The notes below the pieces were generated by a model that saw nothing but the letters and a program-made list of their open reading frames with translations, searched no databases and had not been told where the DNA came from. Shown here piece by piece: positions 1 to 7,960 of a DNA stretch of 64,000 nucleotides. The position numbers and the translations under genes are program-made. Numbering within the stretch: position 1 is the stretch's first letter; each line of letters begins with the position of its first letter. The stretch is from Escherichia phage vB_EcoM-fFiEco06, in sequence record NC_054914.1; one strand, given 5' to 3'.

Positions 1-241
<241 letters not shown>

Positions 242-697
242 TTAAAAGAGGCTGTTCATTATTCGGTAAAGTGAAGGACCCATCACATATTGCCACTGAG
301 TACGAGGAATAAGAGCAAAAGCATCCATCTCTGGAATCATAACGCCATCTTTATTTTCAAAATAAGACTCGCAATGGCAATTTCTAAACATCTCATGCTC
401 TACTGGAATCGTATAATAAAATAACTGTAAGTCTTTATTACTAGAATATTTAAATACACCTAAGTCTTCTAGAAGGTCTGGATTATAATCGATAAAACCA
501 GTCTCTTCTGAGCATTCTCTTTTTGCAGCTTCCAGTGCATTCAAATCAGAACTTTCTACACGCCCCTTTGGAATATCCCAGCGATGTGCAATCATTCCAG
601 GTTTACGAGAACCGGTAACTCGTCCCATAAATAAATCTTTATCTTCTGTCATAAAGATAATACCAGCTGATAATGTTTTCATTTTAATTTCCTGCAT
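242..697 (-). CDS. nudE: Nudix hydrolase NudE (e.1)
   Basis: 151 aa; Nudix box GRVESSDLNALEAAKRECSEETG; position immediately downstream of e as in T4. Confidence 0.85.
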   Translation of the reverse strand: MQEIKMKTLSAGIIFMTEDKDLFMGRVTGSRKPGMIAHRWDIPKGRVESSDLNALEAAKRECSEETGFIDYNPDLLEDLGVFKYSSNKDLQLFYYTIPVEHEMFRNCHCESYFENKDGVMIPEMDAFALIPRTQWQYVMGPSLYRIMNSLF

Positions 698-1167
698 TCA
701 GTGATAAAGTTATTTAAATTTTGAGTATATTTCTTTTCATCAAAAATCTTTTGTTGTCTGCGTAAACGCCATGGCATTTCAATGAACATACGCCATATTC
801 CTGATAATACTGCTGCTGTAAAAATATTAACAAGTATAGTTAAAAGAACCCAATCTCCTATTCTGTCCATTGGATTTTTTATAAAAAAGTAAAATACGAA
901 CGATGATATAGGAAGACTAATGATATACCACAGAAGAACCTTCTTATCTGTGAACCAATCAGCATTCGTTAACTTAGCGCGACCGTTTTGAATACATACG
1001 AACTTATCATCTGTTACAGTAAATGGCTTAGCTGCTTGATATCCCATTCTAAACTCCCTAATCAACAAATTTTTCATATCTTCGGAACAACCATTCCAGT
1101 CAACTCTATCAACTGAAATGCCATCATCCCCATCATCTAAATCATACCAGCGAGTTTTTAAAATCAT
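679..1167 (-). CDS. hypothetical protein with 2 predicted TM helices (e.2-like block)
   Basis: 162 aa ORF, ATG start, stop overlaps nudE start region; hydrophobic segments LLWYIISLPISSFVFYFFI and WVLLTILVNIFTAAVLSGIW. Confidence 0.55.
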   Translation of the reverse strand: MILKTRWYDLDDGDDGISVDRVDWNGCSEDMKNLLIREFRMGYQAAKPFTVTDDKFVCIQNGRAKLTNADWFTDKKVLLWYIISLPISSFVFYFFIKNPMDRIGDWVLLTILVNIFTAAVLSGIWRMFIEMPWRLRRQQKIFDEKKYTQNLNNFITECRKLK

Positions 1168-1526
1168 TTAATTTTCCTACAATCACTCACAAACTCTTTC
1201 ATTGACTCATTTTCAATATAAGACATGTAGCTATTATATTCTTTTAATTGTATTTTGTAATCCTTTTTTCTTTGCCAATTTATTTTAAAATTATCATAAT
1301 GAAAATATAACATGGTACCAAAGAATGAAAATAATGAAATCGCTATAGTAAAACGAAGTTCACTCCAAACCTCTGTTATAATTACTGTGCCGTCGATATT
1401 TAAAATAAAACAGTCAATTAACAATCCAATAAGACTACCCGCAAGAGCTGTAAATACTGATACAGCAAGAATTAATAGTGCCTCAGGAAACGAATATTTG
1501 ACTTTATTTAGTTTTGGCTTTTGCAT
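1164..1526 (-). CDS. hypothetical small membrane protein
   Basis: 120 aa ORF, ATG start overlapping upstream stop; TM segments. Confidence 0.55.
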   Translation of the reverse strand: MQKPKLNKVKYSFPEALLILAVSVFTALAGSLIGLLIDCFILNIDGTVIITEVWSELRFTIAISLFSFFGTMLYFHYDNFKINWQRKKDYKIQLKEYNSYMSYIENESMKEFVSDCRKIK

Positions 1527-1900
1527 CGTGATTCCTTAACAAATTTCATAATTTCATCAAATTCATACATATCTAGCTTAAGCTGGTGTTCCTTTTTAAT
1601 CTTTTTACACTGAGCTTTCCAATCACGTACACGTTTACGATAATGTCTTCCTTGATACCAGTATCCTACCCAATTTACGGGTACTAATAAAAGTGGAACT
1701 ATTAATGGAAGAATTAGCATTAACACAAGTATTTCGCCAGAATCAATATCAGTCATAACATCTAAAACACCTCCAATAATCAATAGAATTACAAATGATA
1801 TGAGTATAACAGGACCTATTAACACATCAGTAGAAATTATCTGACGCTTTGGTTCATACTTCACAGGTTTACTTGGAAGGTATAGTGATGGTTTTGACAT
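1508..1900 (-). CDS. hypothetical membrane protein
   Basis: Track ORF 1508..1921 starts at TTG; first ATG with SD is at 1898-1900 (MSKPSLYLP...); long hydrophobic stretch. Confidence 0.5.
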   Translation of the reverse strand: MSKPSLYLPSKPVKYEPKRQIISTDVLIGPVILISFVILLIIGGVLDVMTDIDSGEILVLMLILPLIVPLLLVPVNWVGYWYQGRHYRKRVRDWKAQCKKIKKEHQLKLDMYEFDEIMKFVKESRCKSQN

Positions 1901-2483
1901 ATTCTCTACATTCCTTAACAAATTTTTCTAGTAATAAATCACTTTCAAAATTGGGATTTTCTACAAATTTATCAAAAAGATCATCAACAATAGTTAAGAT
2001 ATTCTTTTTACTAAGAATACGTTTATTTTCATGCTTCGTTTCAGAATCAACTATAAGAGTAAAGAAATATTTCTTGCCCTGAAATTTTACAGTAGTATCA
2101 ATATAAAATAAATTTGACTTTTGTAAATTACGTTTAAACCATGCGTCACTTAAACTATAAACACCGAGATAATCAAAATCGTCGTTTAAATAACAAACCG
2201 TCCATTCAGGAGAAATGAAATCAGTAAATTCAACATCAAAATCACACGTCAATGAATGAATTGATTCAATACTGTTAATGAGTATTCCAGGACGTATTAA
2301 AGACTTTTTACCTCTAGAAAATCTTCCGGAAAGGCTTTCATCAGTTTCATATGAAGACCCCCAATAGTAATTACGTCCTTCTGCCATGCGTTTAAGAGCA
2401 TTTAGTAATTGGTCTGGAACATCAACCTGTCTTTGGAACTCTTCAAACATTGAATTGAAATCACTTTGCATTTTCATTTTCAT
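1869..2483 (-). CDS. hypothetical protein
   Basis: 204 aa ORF, ATG start; dense minus-strand gene packing. Confidence 0.55.
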   Translation of the reverse strand: MKMKMQSDFNSMFEEFQRQVDVPDQLLNALKRMAEGRNYYWGSSYETDESLSGRFSRGKKSLIRPGILINSIESIHSLTCDFDVEFTDFISPEWTVCYLNDDFDYLGVYSLSDAWFKRNLQKSNLFYIDTTVKFQGKKYFFTLIVDSETKHENKRILSKKNILTIVDDLFDKFVENPNFESDLLLEKFVKECREYVKTITIPSK

Positions 2484-2504
2484 TCCTATTTACTCCAAGT
2501 ATAA

Positions 2505-2518
2505 GGGGCCGAAGCCCC
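2505..2518 (-). terminator. stem-loop GGGGC-UUCG-GCCCC (in minus-strand RNA); putative terminator or RNA stability element
   Basis: Perfect 5-bp GC stem with UUCG tetraloop between two minus-strand ORFs; no strong U-run. Confidence 0.45.
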
Positions 2519-2524
2519 TTATCA

Positions 2525-3118
2525 TTATTTCAGAGAATTAATGTATTCCTGAACATCGGCAGAGGTAGTTTCAACCCCAGAAATATTACCGTTAAAGGTT
2601 TCAACTCGAGCAAGGGTATCTTCAATATCAACCTTAGTCAGTGCTGCAATTTCAACTACATCATCAGCAGTACTAATTCCAAGGGCATTCGCTGCACGAG
2701 TTTCACGGATATATTCCAATTTAACCGCAAGTTCTTGACGAGCATCATCTAACTCAACTACTTTCTTGGCGATTTCAATTCGCATTTCAGCATAACCGTC
2801 AGCCTTAGTAGTCAACTGCTCAGCTGTTCGACGATATAGTAAACCGAGTTTAGCATGCATTGTTACATCTTGGCCTTCGGAAAGAAGTTTACGAATTTCA
2901 CGCTCTTTTGATTCGGCCTGTCGATTCTTTTCGATAACAAGTTCACGAATACGTTTTTCTTCGTTAATAGATTTAACAGAAGCAGTTTTTAGATCTTTAA
3001 TTTTATCAAGTAGTTTTGCTGCTGCAGCAGTATACTGTTCTTCGACAGATAGATTTTTAGCCATAGCAGAACCAAGTTTAGTGCGAATAAACTCAACAAT
3101 TTTCTTCAGTGTGTTCAT
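2525..3118 (-). CDS. alpha-helical coiled-coil protein, weak PspA/IM30-like character
   Basis: 197 aa; charged heptad-rich sequence ([41 protein letters not shown]); family assignment not verified. Confidence 0.55.
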   Translation of the reverse strand: MNTLKKIVEFIRTKLGSAMAKNLSVEEQYTAAAAKLLDKIKDLKTASVKSINEEKRIRELVIEKNRQAESKEREIRKLLSEGQDVTMHAKLGLLYRRTAEQLTTKADGYAEMRIEIAKKVVELDDARQELAVKLEYIRETRAANALGISTADDVVEIAALTKVDIEDTLARVETFNGNISGVETTSADVQEYINSLK

Positions 3119-3161
3119 AGTATTTCCTTAGGTTAATTGAGATTTAAAATCCATGAGAGTA

Positions 3162-3338
3162 TTATACTCCGGATAGTTTGTAAACTATTTCAACATCGCC
3201 TTTTGCTGCTTTATAACCTTCAGCCCAAGATACAACCGAGTTTTTATCCGAAGATTCAAATTCTGGCATTGGGCTTTCGCCAATGTTCACGCAGTATGTT
3301 TCTTCATTTTCGTCGAACCAAATAATTAAAGTAGTCAT
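3162..3338 (-). CDS. small hypothetical protein (58 aa), absent from ORF track
   Basis: ATG 3336-3338 preceded by GGAGAAA SD; MTTLIIWFDENEETYCVNIGESPMPEF...; fills an otherwise empty gap. Confidence 0.4.
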   Translation of the reverse strand: MTTLIIWFDENEETYCVNIGESPMPEFESSDKNSVVSWAEGYKAAKGDVEIVYKLSGV

Positions 3339-3407
3339 TTATTTCTCCGTTTTCTGTATTTGTTTTGATAAGTCTATAATAACACCGTCCTTGGCGTTTG
3401 TACACAA

Positions 3408-3676
3408 TTATTTCATATTATTGAAATATTCTTCTGCGATTTCATCGTTATCATGGTAAACTTTAGAAGACAGTTTAACATAACCTTCAGCAGTGAACAT
3501 GTTAATCACAACCTTTACAGTATACCACTGACCATCTTCATTACCCATTACTGCATAGGTTTCAAACATCGGATGGTCAGGACCGATAACTTTAATATCA
3601 TTCACTGTACGACCGAAATCTTCTGAAACACATTTCATAAAGAAGTTGAACAGTTCGCCGTAATTATCCATTTCAT
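3408..3676 (-). CDS. hypothetical protein
   Basis: Track ORF starts at TTG 3683; ATG at 3674-3676 with GGAG SD gives MDNYGELF... Confidence 0.5.
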
Positions 3677-3713
3677 TCTCCAAGTTGTTTTTGTATCAGT
3701 AGTTGATAGTTGT

Positions 3714-3743
3714 ATAGTACCATGGAAGAACAGGGATGTAAAC
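3714..3743 (-). promoter_or_regulatory. putative sigma70-type early promoter (-35 GTTTAC, 18-nt spacer, extended -10 TGGTACTAT)
   Basis: Minus-strand reading ...AAAACTGTTTAC-(18)-TACTAT; same architecture recurs at 4 other sites. Confidence 0.4.
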
Positions 3744-3877
3744 AGTTTTGTGAAAAAATTTTTTAAAAAGTTTTAGGGAATTCTAGGGCAGGGAGGGGCA
3801 ATTAAAAGATAGGATAATATATTATAAAGGGTAGAAACTAAATGATGTCTAGAGAGGCCCGGAAAGGCCTAGATACC

Positions 3878-3904
3878 AAAAAGCCCCAACCTTTTGGTCG
3901 GGGC
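3878..3904 (-). terminator. rho-independent terminator
   Basis: Minus RNA GCCCCGACC-AAAA-GGUUGGGGC followed by UUUUU; downstream of ORF 3913..4386. Confidence 0.6.
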
Positions 3905-3912
3905 TAAGAATG

Positions 3913-4386
3913 TTATTTGATTTGTTTAGCAGACCAAATGCGGTCTTTAATAATTTTTTGGATGTCTTCAACATACTCAAGAGAGTGAACATGTGGGTTA
4001 TCTTTGAAACTATAAGCACGAGCTAGCTTTTGGCCTTCAGTTTTGATTACTAAAAGCTCTTTAAGGATAGCTTCATATTTGGAGATAATTCCTTTAACAA
4101 TATTTTTCTCTTGTGTGACTTTAGGATCTGCTTTAGGAGCAGGTTTACCTGAAGCCTTTGCAAAAGCAGCTCCAGTAGCAACTAAACTTTTCCAAGCCAT
4201 ACTAACTGCATTCCCTGTAAATCCTTCGGCTTTCATATCACGAGCAAATTGGAATCGTGATTCATCGGAAGCATCTTTATAGGAATATTTACCCGCGGCA
4301 ATGGCAGCTTTTGCAACAGCTTGAATTTCAGTGCTAGATGCTTCATTTAACACCGCTTCATTTAAAAATTGAGTATATGATTTCAT
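3913..4386 (-). CDS. hypothetical protein with capsid-targeting-sequence-like N-terminus (candidate internal protein)
   Basis: 157 aa; N-terminus MKSYTQFLNE-A resembles the MKTYQEFIAE CTS with an L-x-E motif; AGGAAA SD; late-promoter motif upstream. Confidence 0.6.
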   Translation of the reverse strand: MKSYTQFLNEAVLNEASSTEIQAVAKAAIAAGKYSYKDASDESRFQFARDMKAEGFTGNAVSMAWKSLVATGAAFAKASGKPAPKADPKVTQEKNIVKGIISKYEAILKELLVIKTEGQKLARAYSFKDNPHVHSLEYVEDIQKIIKDRIWSAKQIK

Positions 4387-4422
4387 CTTATTTCCTGTTT
4401 TAATTCGGGGTTTTAATATACT

Positions 4423-4430
4423 TATTTATA
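4423..4430 (-). promoter_or_regulatory. late promoter motif TATAAATA
   Basis: Exact TATAAATA on minus strand about 40 nt upstream of ATG 4386. Confidence 0.4.
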
Positions 4431-4432
4431 CT

Positions 4433-4459
4433 AAAAAGCCCCAACCTTTCGGTCGGGGC
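4433..4459 (-). terminator. rho-independent terminator downstream of the tRNA/stable-RNA transcription unit
   Basis: Minus RNA GCCCCGACC-GAAA-GGUUGGGGC followed by UUUUU. Confidence 0.6.
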
Positions 4460-4511
4460 TAAGCCTTGCGGCAACCTTGTCGGGGTTCCACCTGCTAAGG
4501 CAAGTGTTTGT

Positions 4512-4776
4512 ACGAAACGCCGGGATTCGAACCCGGTTATTAAGCAGTTGACGCTACTCAATATTTTTAAAAGGCCATATCTCGACCATATCCGAACGTT
4601 CCGTCAAAAACGCTACTCGGCTTACGGCAAAGATATTTCCTCGAATCGATAATTCGGTGCGCCGTTTCTGCTGTGATATAAGGGGACATTAACAAAACAT
4701 AAAGATTTATTAATACCAGTCCTTAAACAGGGAACATCAGTCCGACGACTTGCCGGTAGCGACCCGGCTTCTTGTC
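4512..4776 (-). ncRNA. stable small RNA region (T4 RNA C / RNA D-like), including an RNA with a tRNA-like T-arm and acceptor stem
   Basis: No ORF; CCGGGTTCGAATCCCGG T-arm-like element at 4522-4538 (rc) flanked by pairing GAAACG/CGUUUC; position between tRNA-Arg and terminator as in T4; boundaries approximate. Confidence 0.4.
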
Positions 4777-4853
4777 TGGTCGAGGCAGTAGGGATCGAAC
4801 CTACGACCCAGGACTTAGAAGGTCCTTGCTCTTCCTTCTGAGCTATGCCTCGT
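4777..4853 (-). tRNA. tRNA-Arg (anticodon UCU)
   Basis: Cloverleaf folded by hand: acceptor CGAGGCA/UGCCUCG, anticodon loop CUUCUAA, T-loop GGTTCGATC, 3' CCA encoded. Confidence 0.85.
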
Positions 4854-4856
4854 ATT

Positions 4857-4931
4857 TGGCGGACGTGATAGGATTCGAACCTATAACCAATCGCTTAACA
4901 GGCGATCGCTCTGCCATTGAGCTACACATCC
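4857..4931 (-). tRNA. tRNA-Asn (anticodon GUU)
   Basis: Acceptor GGAUGUG/CACGUCC, D-stem GCUC/GAGC, anticodon stem AUCGC/GCGAU, loop CUGUUAA, T-arm AUAGG-TTCGAAT-CCUAU, CCA encoded. Confidence 0.8.
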
Positions 4932-4935
4932 AAAT

Positions 4936-5022
4936 TGGTGGGGAGTGGTGGAGTCGAACCACCCGAGTCGCAATGACAATGAATTTACAGTCCACACCGC
5001 TACCTCTACGGGATAACTCCCC
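4936..5022 (-). tRNA. tRNA-Tyr (anticodon GUA), type II with long variable arm
   Basis: Acceptor GGGGAGU/ACUCCCC, anticodon loop CUGUAAA, long variable arm, T-arm GGUGG-TTCGACT-CCACC, CCA encoded. Confidence 0.75.
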
Positions 5023-5031
5023 AAATTAATT

Positions 5032-5106
5032 TGGTGGCCCTGGGTGGAATTGAACCACCATCTGGCGATTATGAGTCGCTTGCTTGAACCTTCCAGCTAC
5101 AGGGCC
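5032..5106 (-). tRNA. tRNA with genomic anticodon CAU (T4 tRNA-Ile homolog by position; Met also possible)
   Basis: Acceptor GGCCCUG/CAGGGCC, anticodon loop CUCAUAA, T-arm GGUGG-TTCAATT-CCACC, CCA encoded; sits next to tRNA-Thr as T4 tRNA-Ile does. Confidence 0.75.
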
Positions 5107-5107
5107 T

Positions 5108-5183
5108 TGGTGCTGATTGACGGAATCGAACCGCCGACCTTCTCATTACAAGTGAGTTGCTCTACCTACTGAGCTAAATCAGC
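5108..5183 (-). tRNA. tRNA-Thr (anticodon UGU)
   Basis: Acceptor GCUGAUU/AAUCAGC, D-stem GCUC/GAGC, anticodon loop CUUGUAA, CCA encoded. Confidence 0.85.
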
Positions 5184-5188
5184 AAAAC

Positions 5189-5278
5189 TGGCGGAGGCGA
5201 TAGGATTTGAACCTATGAGTCGCCGGAGCGACTGCCGGTTTTCAAGACCGGTGCATTAAACCACTCTGCCACGCCTCC
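5189..5278 (-). tRNA. tRNA-Ser (anticodon UGA), type II
   Basis: Acceptor GGAGGCG/CGCCUCC, anticodon stem CCGGU/ACCGG, loop CUUGAAA, long variable arm, CCA encoded. Confidence 0.8.
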
Positions 5279-5280
5279 AG

Positions 5281-5354
5281 TCTCCGTGGCAGGATTTGAA
5301 CCTACGACATTCTGCTCCCAAAGCAGACGCTCTACCAAACTGAGCTACACGGAG
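5281..5354 (-). tRNA. tRNA-Pro (anticodon UGG)
   Basis: Acceptor CUCCGUG/CACGGAG, anticodon loop UUUGGGA, T-arm GUAGG-TTCAAAT-CCUGC; CCA not encoded. Confidence 0.85.
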
Positions 5355-5364
5355 TAAATTAAAT

Positions 5365-5438
<74 letters not shown>

Positions 5439-5443
5439 AAATT

Positions 5444-5530
5444 TGGTGCGAGAAGTGGGACTCGAACCCACAAGGAAATCATTCCGCAGCATTTTAAGTG
5501 CTGTGCCTTTACCAATTTGGCCATTCTCGC
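5444..5530 (-). tRNA. tRNA-Leu (anticodon UAA), type II
   Basis: Acceptor GCGAGAA/UUCUCGC, anticodon stem CAGCA/UGCUG, loop CUUAAAA, long variable arm, CCA encoded. Confidence 0.85.
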
Positions 5531-5531
5531 G

Positions 5532-5603
5532 CTGGGAATAAAGGACTCGAACCTTTGCATCCTGGAATCAAAATCCAGTGCCTTACCAACTTGGCTAATT
5601 CCC
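5532..5603 (-). tRNA. tRNA-Gln (anticodon UUG)
   Basis: Acceptor UGGGAAU/AUUCCCA, anticodon stem CUGGA/UCCAG, loop UUUUGAU, T-arm AAAGG-TTCGAGT-CCUUU; CCA not encoded. Confidence 0.85.
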
Positions 5604-5640
5604 AATTATTAACAAAGGCTCTTAAGCAAGAACCCTTGAT
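5604..5640 (-). promoter_or_regulatory. possible middle-type promoter (MotA-box-like TTGCTTAA plus TAATAAT) abutting tRNA-Gln 5' end
   Basis: Minus-strand CTTGCTTAAGAGCCTTTGTTAATAATTGGGAAT; spacing fits TGCTT box about -30 and -10 just before the tRNA 5' end; speculative. Confidence 0.25.
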
Positions 5641-5701
5641 GATAGAGGGTATTAATCAGTGCGATATGAGTTAATAATAACAAATAATTCTTAAAGCATA
5701 T

Positions 5702-5989
5702 TTACCATTTATAATAATACATATTTACGATGCATTCAAGACCCAAAGGATTCTTGAAAATATCATATTCAAGAGGACCTTTTTCTGTTTCAATAAAGAA
5801 ATCAAAATTTACTGTATTAAATTTACGTTCTTCCTTCACTAATTTAACTTGAGAAGATGAACGGTCAATGTAAACCTTTTCAACTTCAAAACATGTTAAA
5901 ATGCCATAATCATCAATCAAAGCTTTAGCCGCGTCTTGATCATATTTATATCCATTTTCAATGGATGATACTTTCGCATAAAGAATCAT
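5702..5989 (-). CDS. hypothetical protein
   Basis: 95 aa ORF, ATG start, upstream of tRNA cluster. Confidence 0.5.
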   Translation of the reverse strand: MILYAKVSSIENGYKYDQDAAKALIDDYGILTCFEVEKVYIDRSSSQVKLVKEERKFNTVNFDFFIETEKGPLEYDIFKNPLGLECIVNMYYYKW

Positions 5990-5991
5990 TA

Positions 5992-6390
5992 TCAGCCTTC
6001 ATCAACAATAGTGTGAGTATTAGCATTTACGATTTGCCACCAATCAAAGCGATTAGAATCCATCGGTTTGTTTTCATTTTCTTTGATAATGTCACGGAGT
6101 TCATCTTCAGAGAATGCTTTAGCAATTAAATCGGTATACCCACCACGGGGATAATAATTATCACCTGCAAACAAAAGGAAATTTACCTTCCCGGAAGCAA
6201 CATATGCTTCCTTAGGATACTTGTTTCCTGCGTGGTCAACCACTTCAATATAACGGTAAGGAATATCGGTTCTTTCAACCCATTGCCATGCCGCCGCAGG
6301 GGAATCGAAAGCATCTACACCTAAACGATTATCTTCATCTTTAGACGGATTATTTTCGTAATCCGCATATACATAATATTCAACGTTCAT
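5992..6390 (-). CDS. hypothetical protein
   Basis: 132 aa ORF, ATG start; stop 2 nt from next gene. Confidence 0.5.
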   Translation of the reverse strand: MNVEYYVYADYENNPSKDEDNRLGVDAFDSPAAAWQWVERTDIPYRYIEVVDHAGNKYPKEAYVASGKVNFLLFAGDNYYPRGGYTDLIAKAFSEDELRDIIKENENKPMDSNRFDWWQIVNANTHTIVDEG

Positions 6391-6575
6391 TATTCACCTT
6401 TAGAAATTTTATCCATAACAATAGCAATTAAACCAATTAAAAATGCTACTACAAGTGAAAAAACATTTTCTGCCGTAGTCAATAATCCGCATATAAATCC
6501 AACAAACATTGAAAAACTGAAAGCGGAAGCAGAAATTGCAATAGCAACATTTCGAATTAATTCACAACGTTTCAT
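6390..6575 (-). CDS. hypothetical small membrane protein
   Basis: 61 aa, almost entirely hydrophobic; GAGGAG SD; start/stop overlap with downstream ORF. Confidence 0.5.
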   Translation of the reverse strand: MKRCELIRNVAIAISASAFSFSMFVGFICGLLTTAENVFSLVVAFLIGLIAIVMDKISKGE

Positions 6576-6592
6576 TTTATTCTCCTCAGTAG

Positions 6593-6633
6593 TAGATAGG
6601 GTAATAGTATCACTACCCTATCTAAAAGTAAAC
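6593..6633 (-). promoter_or_regulatory. early promoter embedded in 11-bp perfect inverted repeat (-35 GTTTAC, extended -10 TGATACTAT)
   Basis: TAGATAGGGTA-loop-TACCCTATCTA hairpin 6593-6624 contains the -10; GTTTAC 18 nt upstream (6628-6633). Confidence 0.45.
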
Positions 6634-6867
6634 TTATTTTTTACGAAAAATTGATTTATTTTCTGCTGCCCATTTTTCAATAACTGCAGCAGGACCAGTA
6701 ACAACAATTTTATCACCGTAATCTTCTGCGGCGAGTTGACCGAAATTATCTAATGCATCACGAAGAACTCCATGAGGCATTTCACCCATTTTATCTTTCT
6801 TGCCAGTGTAAATAAACTCAACTTTTACATCAGCAGTTTCAGCAATAAATTCTTGGTAAGTTTTCAT
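6634..6867 (-). CDS. internal protein (IP) family member with capsid targeting sequence
   Basis: N-terminus MKTYQEFIAE-T is the T4 IP capsid targeting sequence (gp21 site after L/I-x-E); start taken at second ATG (6865-6867) with GGAAA SD; track start 6879. Confidence 0.65.
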   Translation of the reverse strand: MKTYQEFIAETADVKVEFIYTGKKDKMGEMPHGVLRDALDNFGQLAAEDYGDKIVVTGPAAVIEKWAAENKSIFRKK

Positions 6868-6893
6868 TTTGATTTCCATTTGGTTTTGTTTTG

Positions 6894-6931
6894 ATAGGGT
6901 AATAGTATCACAACTAAAACCCTATGTAAAC
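6894..6931 (-). promoter_or_regulatory. early promoter with degenerate hairpin (-35 GTTTAC, extended -10 TGTGATACTAT)
   Basis: Same GTTTAC-(18)-TACTAT spacing; followed by identical 30-mer gtaaacaactttgtgaaattattttaaatc also present at 7257-7286. Confidence 0.45.
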
Positions 6932-6943
6932 AACTTTGTGAAA

Positions 6944-7201
6944 TTATTTTAAATCTTCTAATCGTTTCTTCATCTTAGAGCCATTTTTAGCAATTTCTCC
7001 TGCATCGGAGCATAATGCTAAAAGTGCTTTAACTTTAGTTTGGTCTCCTTTAAAAGATGAAGGATCGACCGCAGCAGCAAGTTCTTTAATACGAGAGAAA
7101 AGACGCTCAGCTTCAGCTAAAGCCATTCCAAGCTTTACTTCCATACCGTGGGAAGATTCAGTGATAGTAGTTTTTGTAGCAAACTCTTTGAAAGTTTTCA
7201 T
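6944..7201 (-). CDS. internal-protein-like ORF with CTS-like N-terminus
   Basis: 85 aa; N-terminus MKTFKEFATKTTITE; AGGAAAA SD; lies in the ip locus next to 57B. Confidence 0.6.
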   Translation of the reverse strand: MKTFKEFATKTTITESSHGMEVKLGMALAEAERLFSRIKELAAAVDPSSFKGDQTKVKALLALCSDAGEIAKNGSKMKKRLEDLK

Positions 7202-7222
7202 TTTTATTTTCCTAATTAATTT

Positions 7223-7262
7223 TGATGAGGTAATAGTATCACTACCTCATCAGTATGTAAAC
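7223..7262 (-). promoter_or_regulatory. early promoter embedded in 10-bp perfect inverted repeat
   Basis: TGATGAGGTA-ATAGTATCAC-TACCTCATCA hairpin 7223-7252; loop identical to 6604-6613 but stem sequence differs with full compensation; GTTTAC at 7257-7262. Confidence 0.45.
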
Positions 7263-7274
7263 AACTTTGTGAAA

Positions 7275-7959
<685 letters not shown>

Positions 7960-7960
<1 letters not shown>

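Noticed and set aside
1312-4282. Plus-strand ORFs 1312..1539, 1849..2082, 3137..3325, 4043..4282
   Set aside because: Antisense to a continuous minus-strand operon with overlapping start/stop junctions; several use TTG starts and none has an SD
5943-5950. TATAAATA (minus strand) inside ORF 5702..5989
   Set aside because: Roughly 10-20 chance occurrences of this AT-rich 8-mer are expected in 64 kb on two strands at this base composition; not positioned before a gene start, so not called as a promoter
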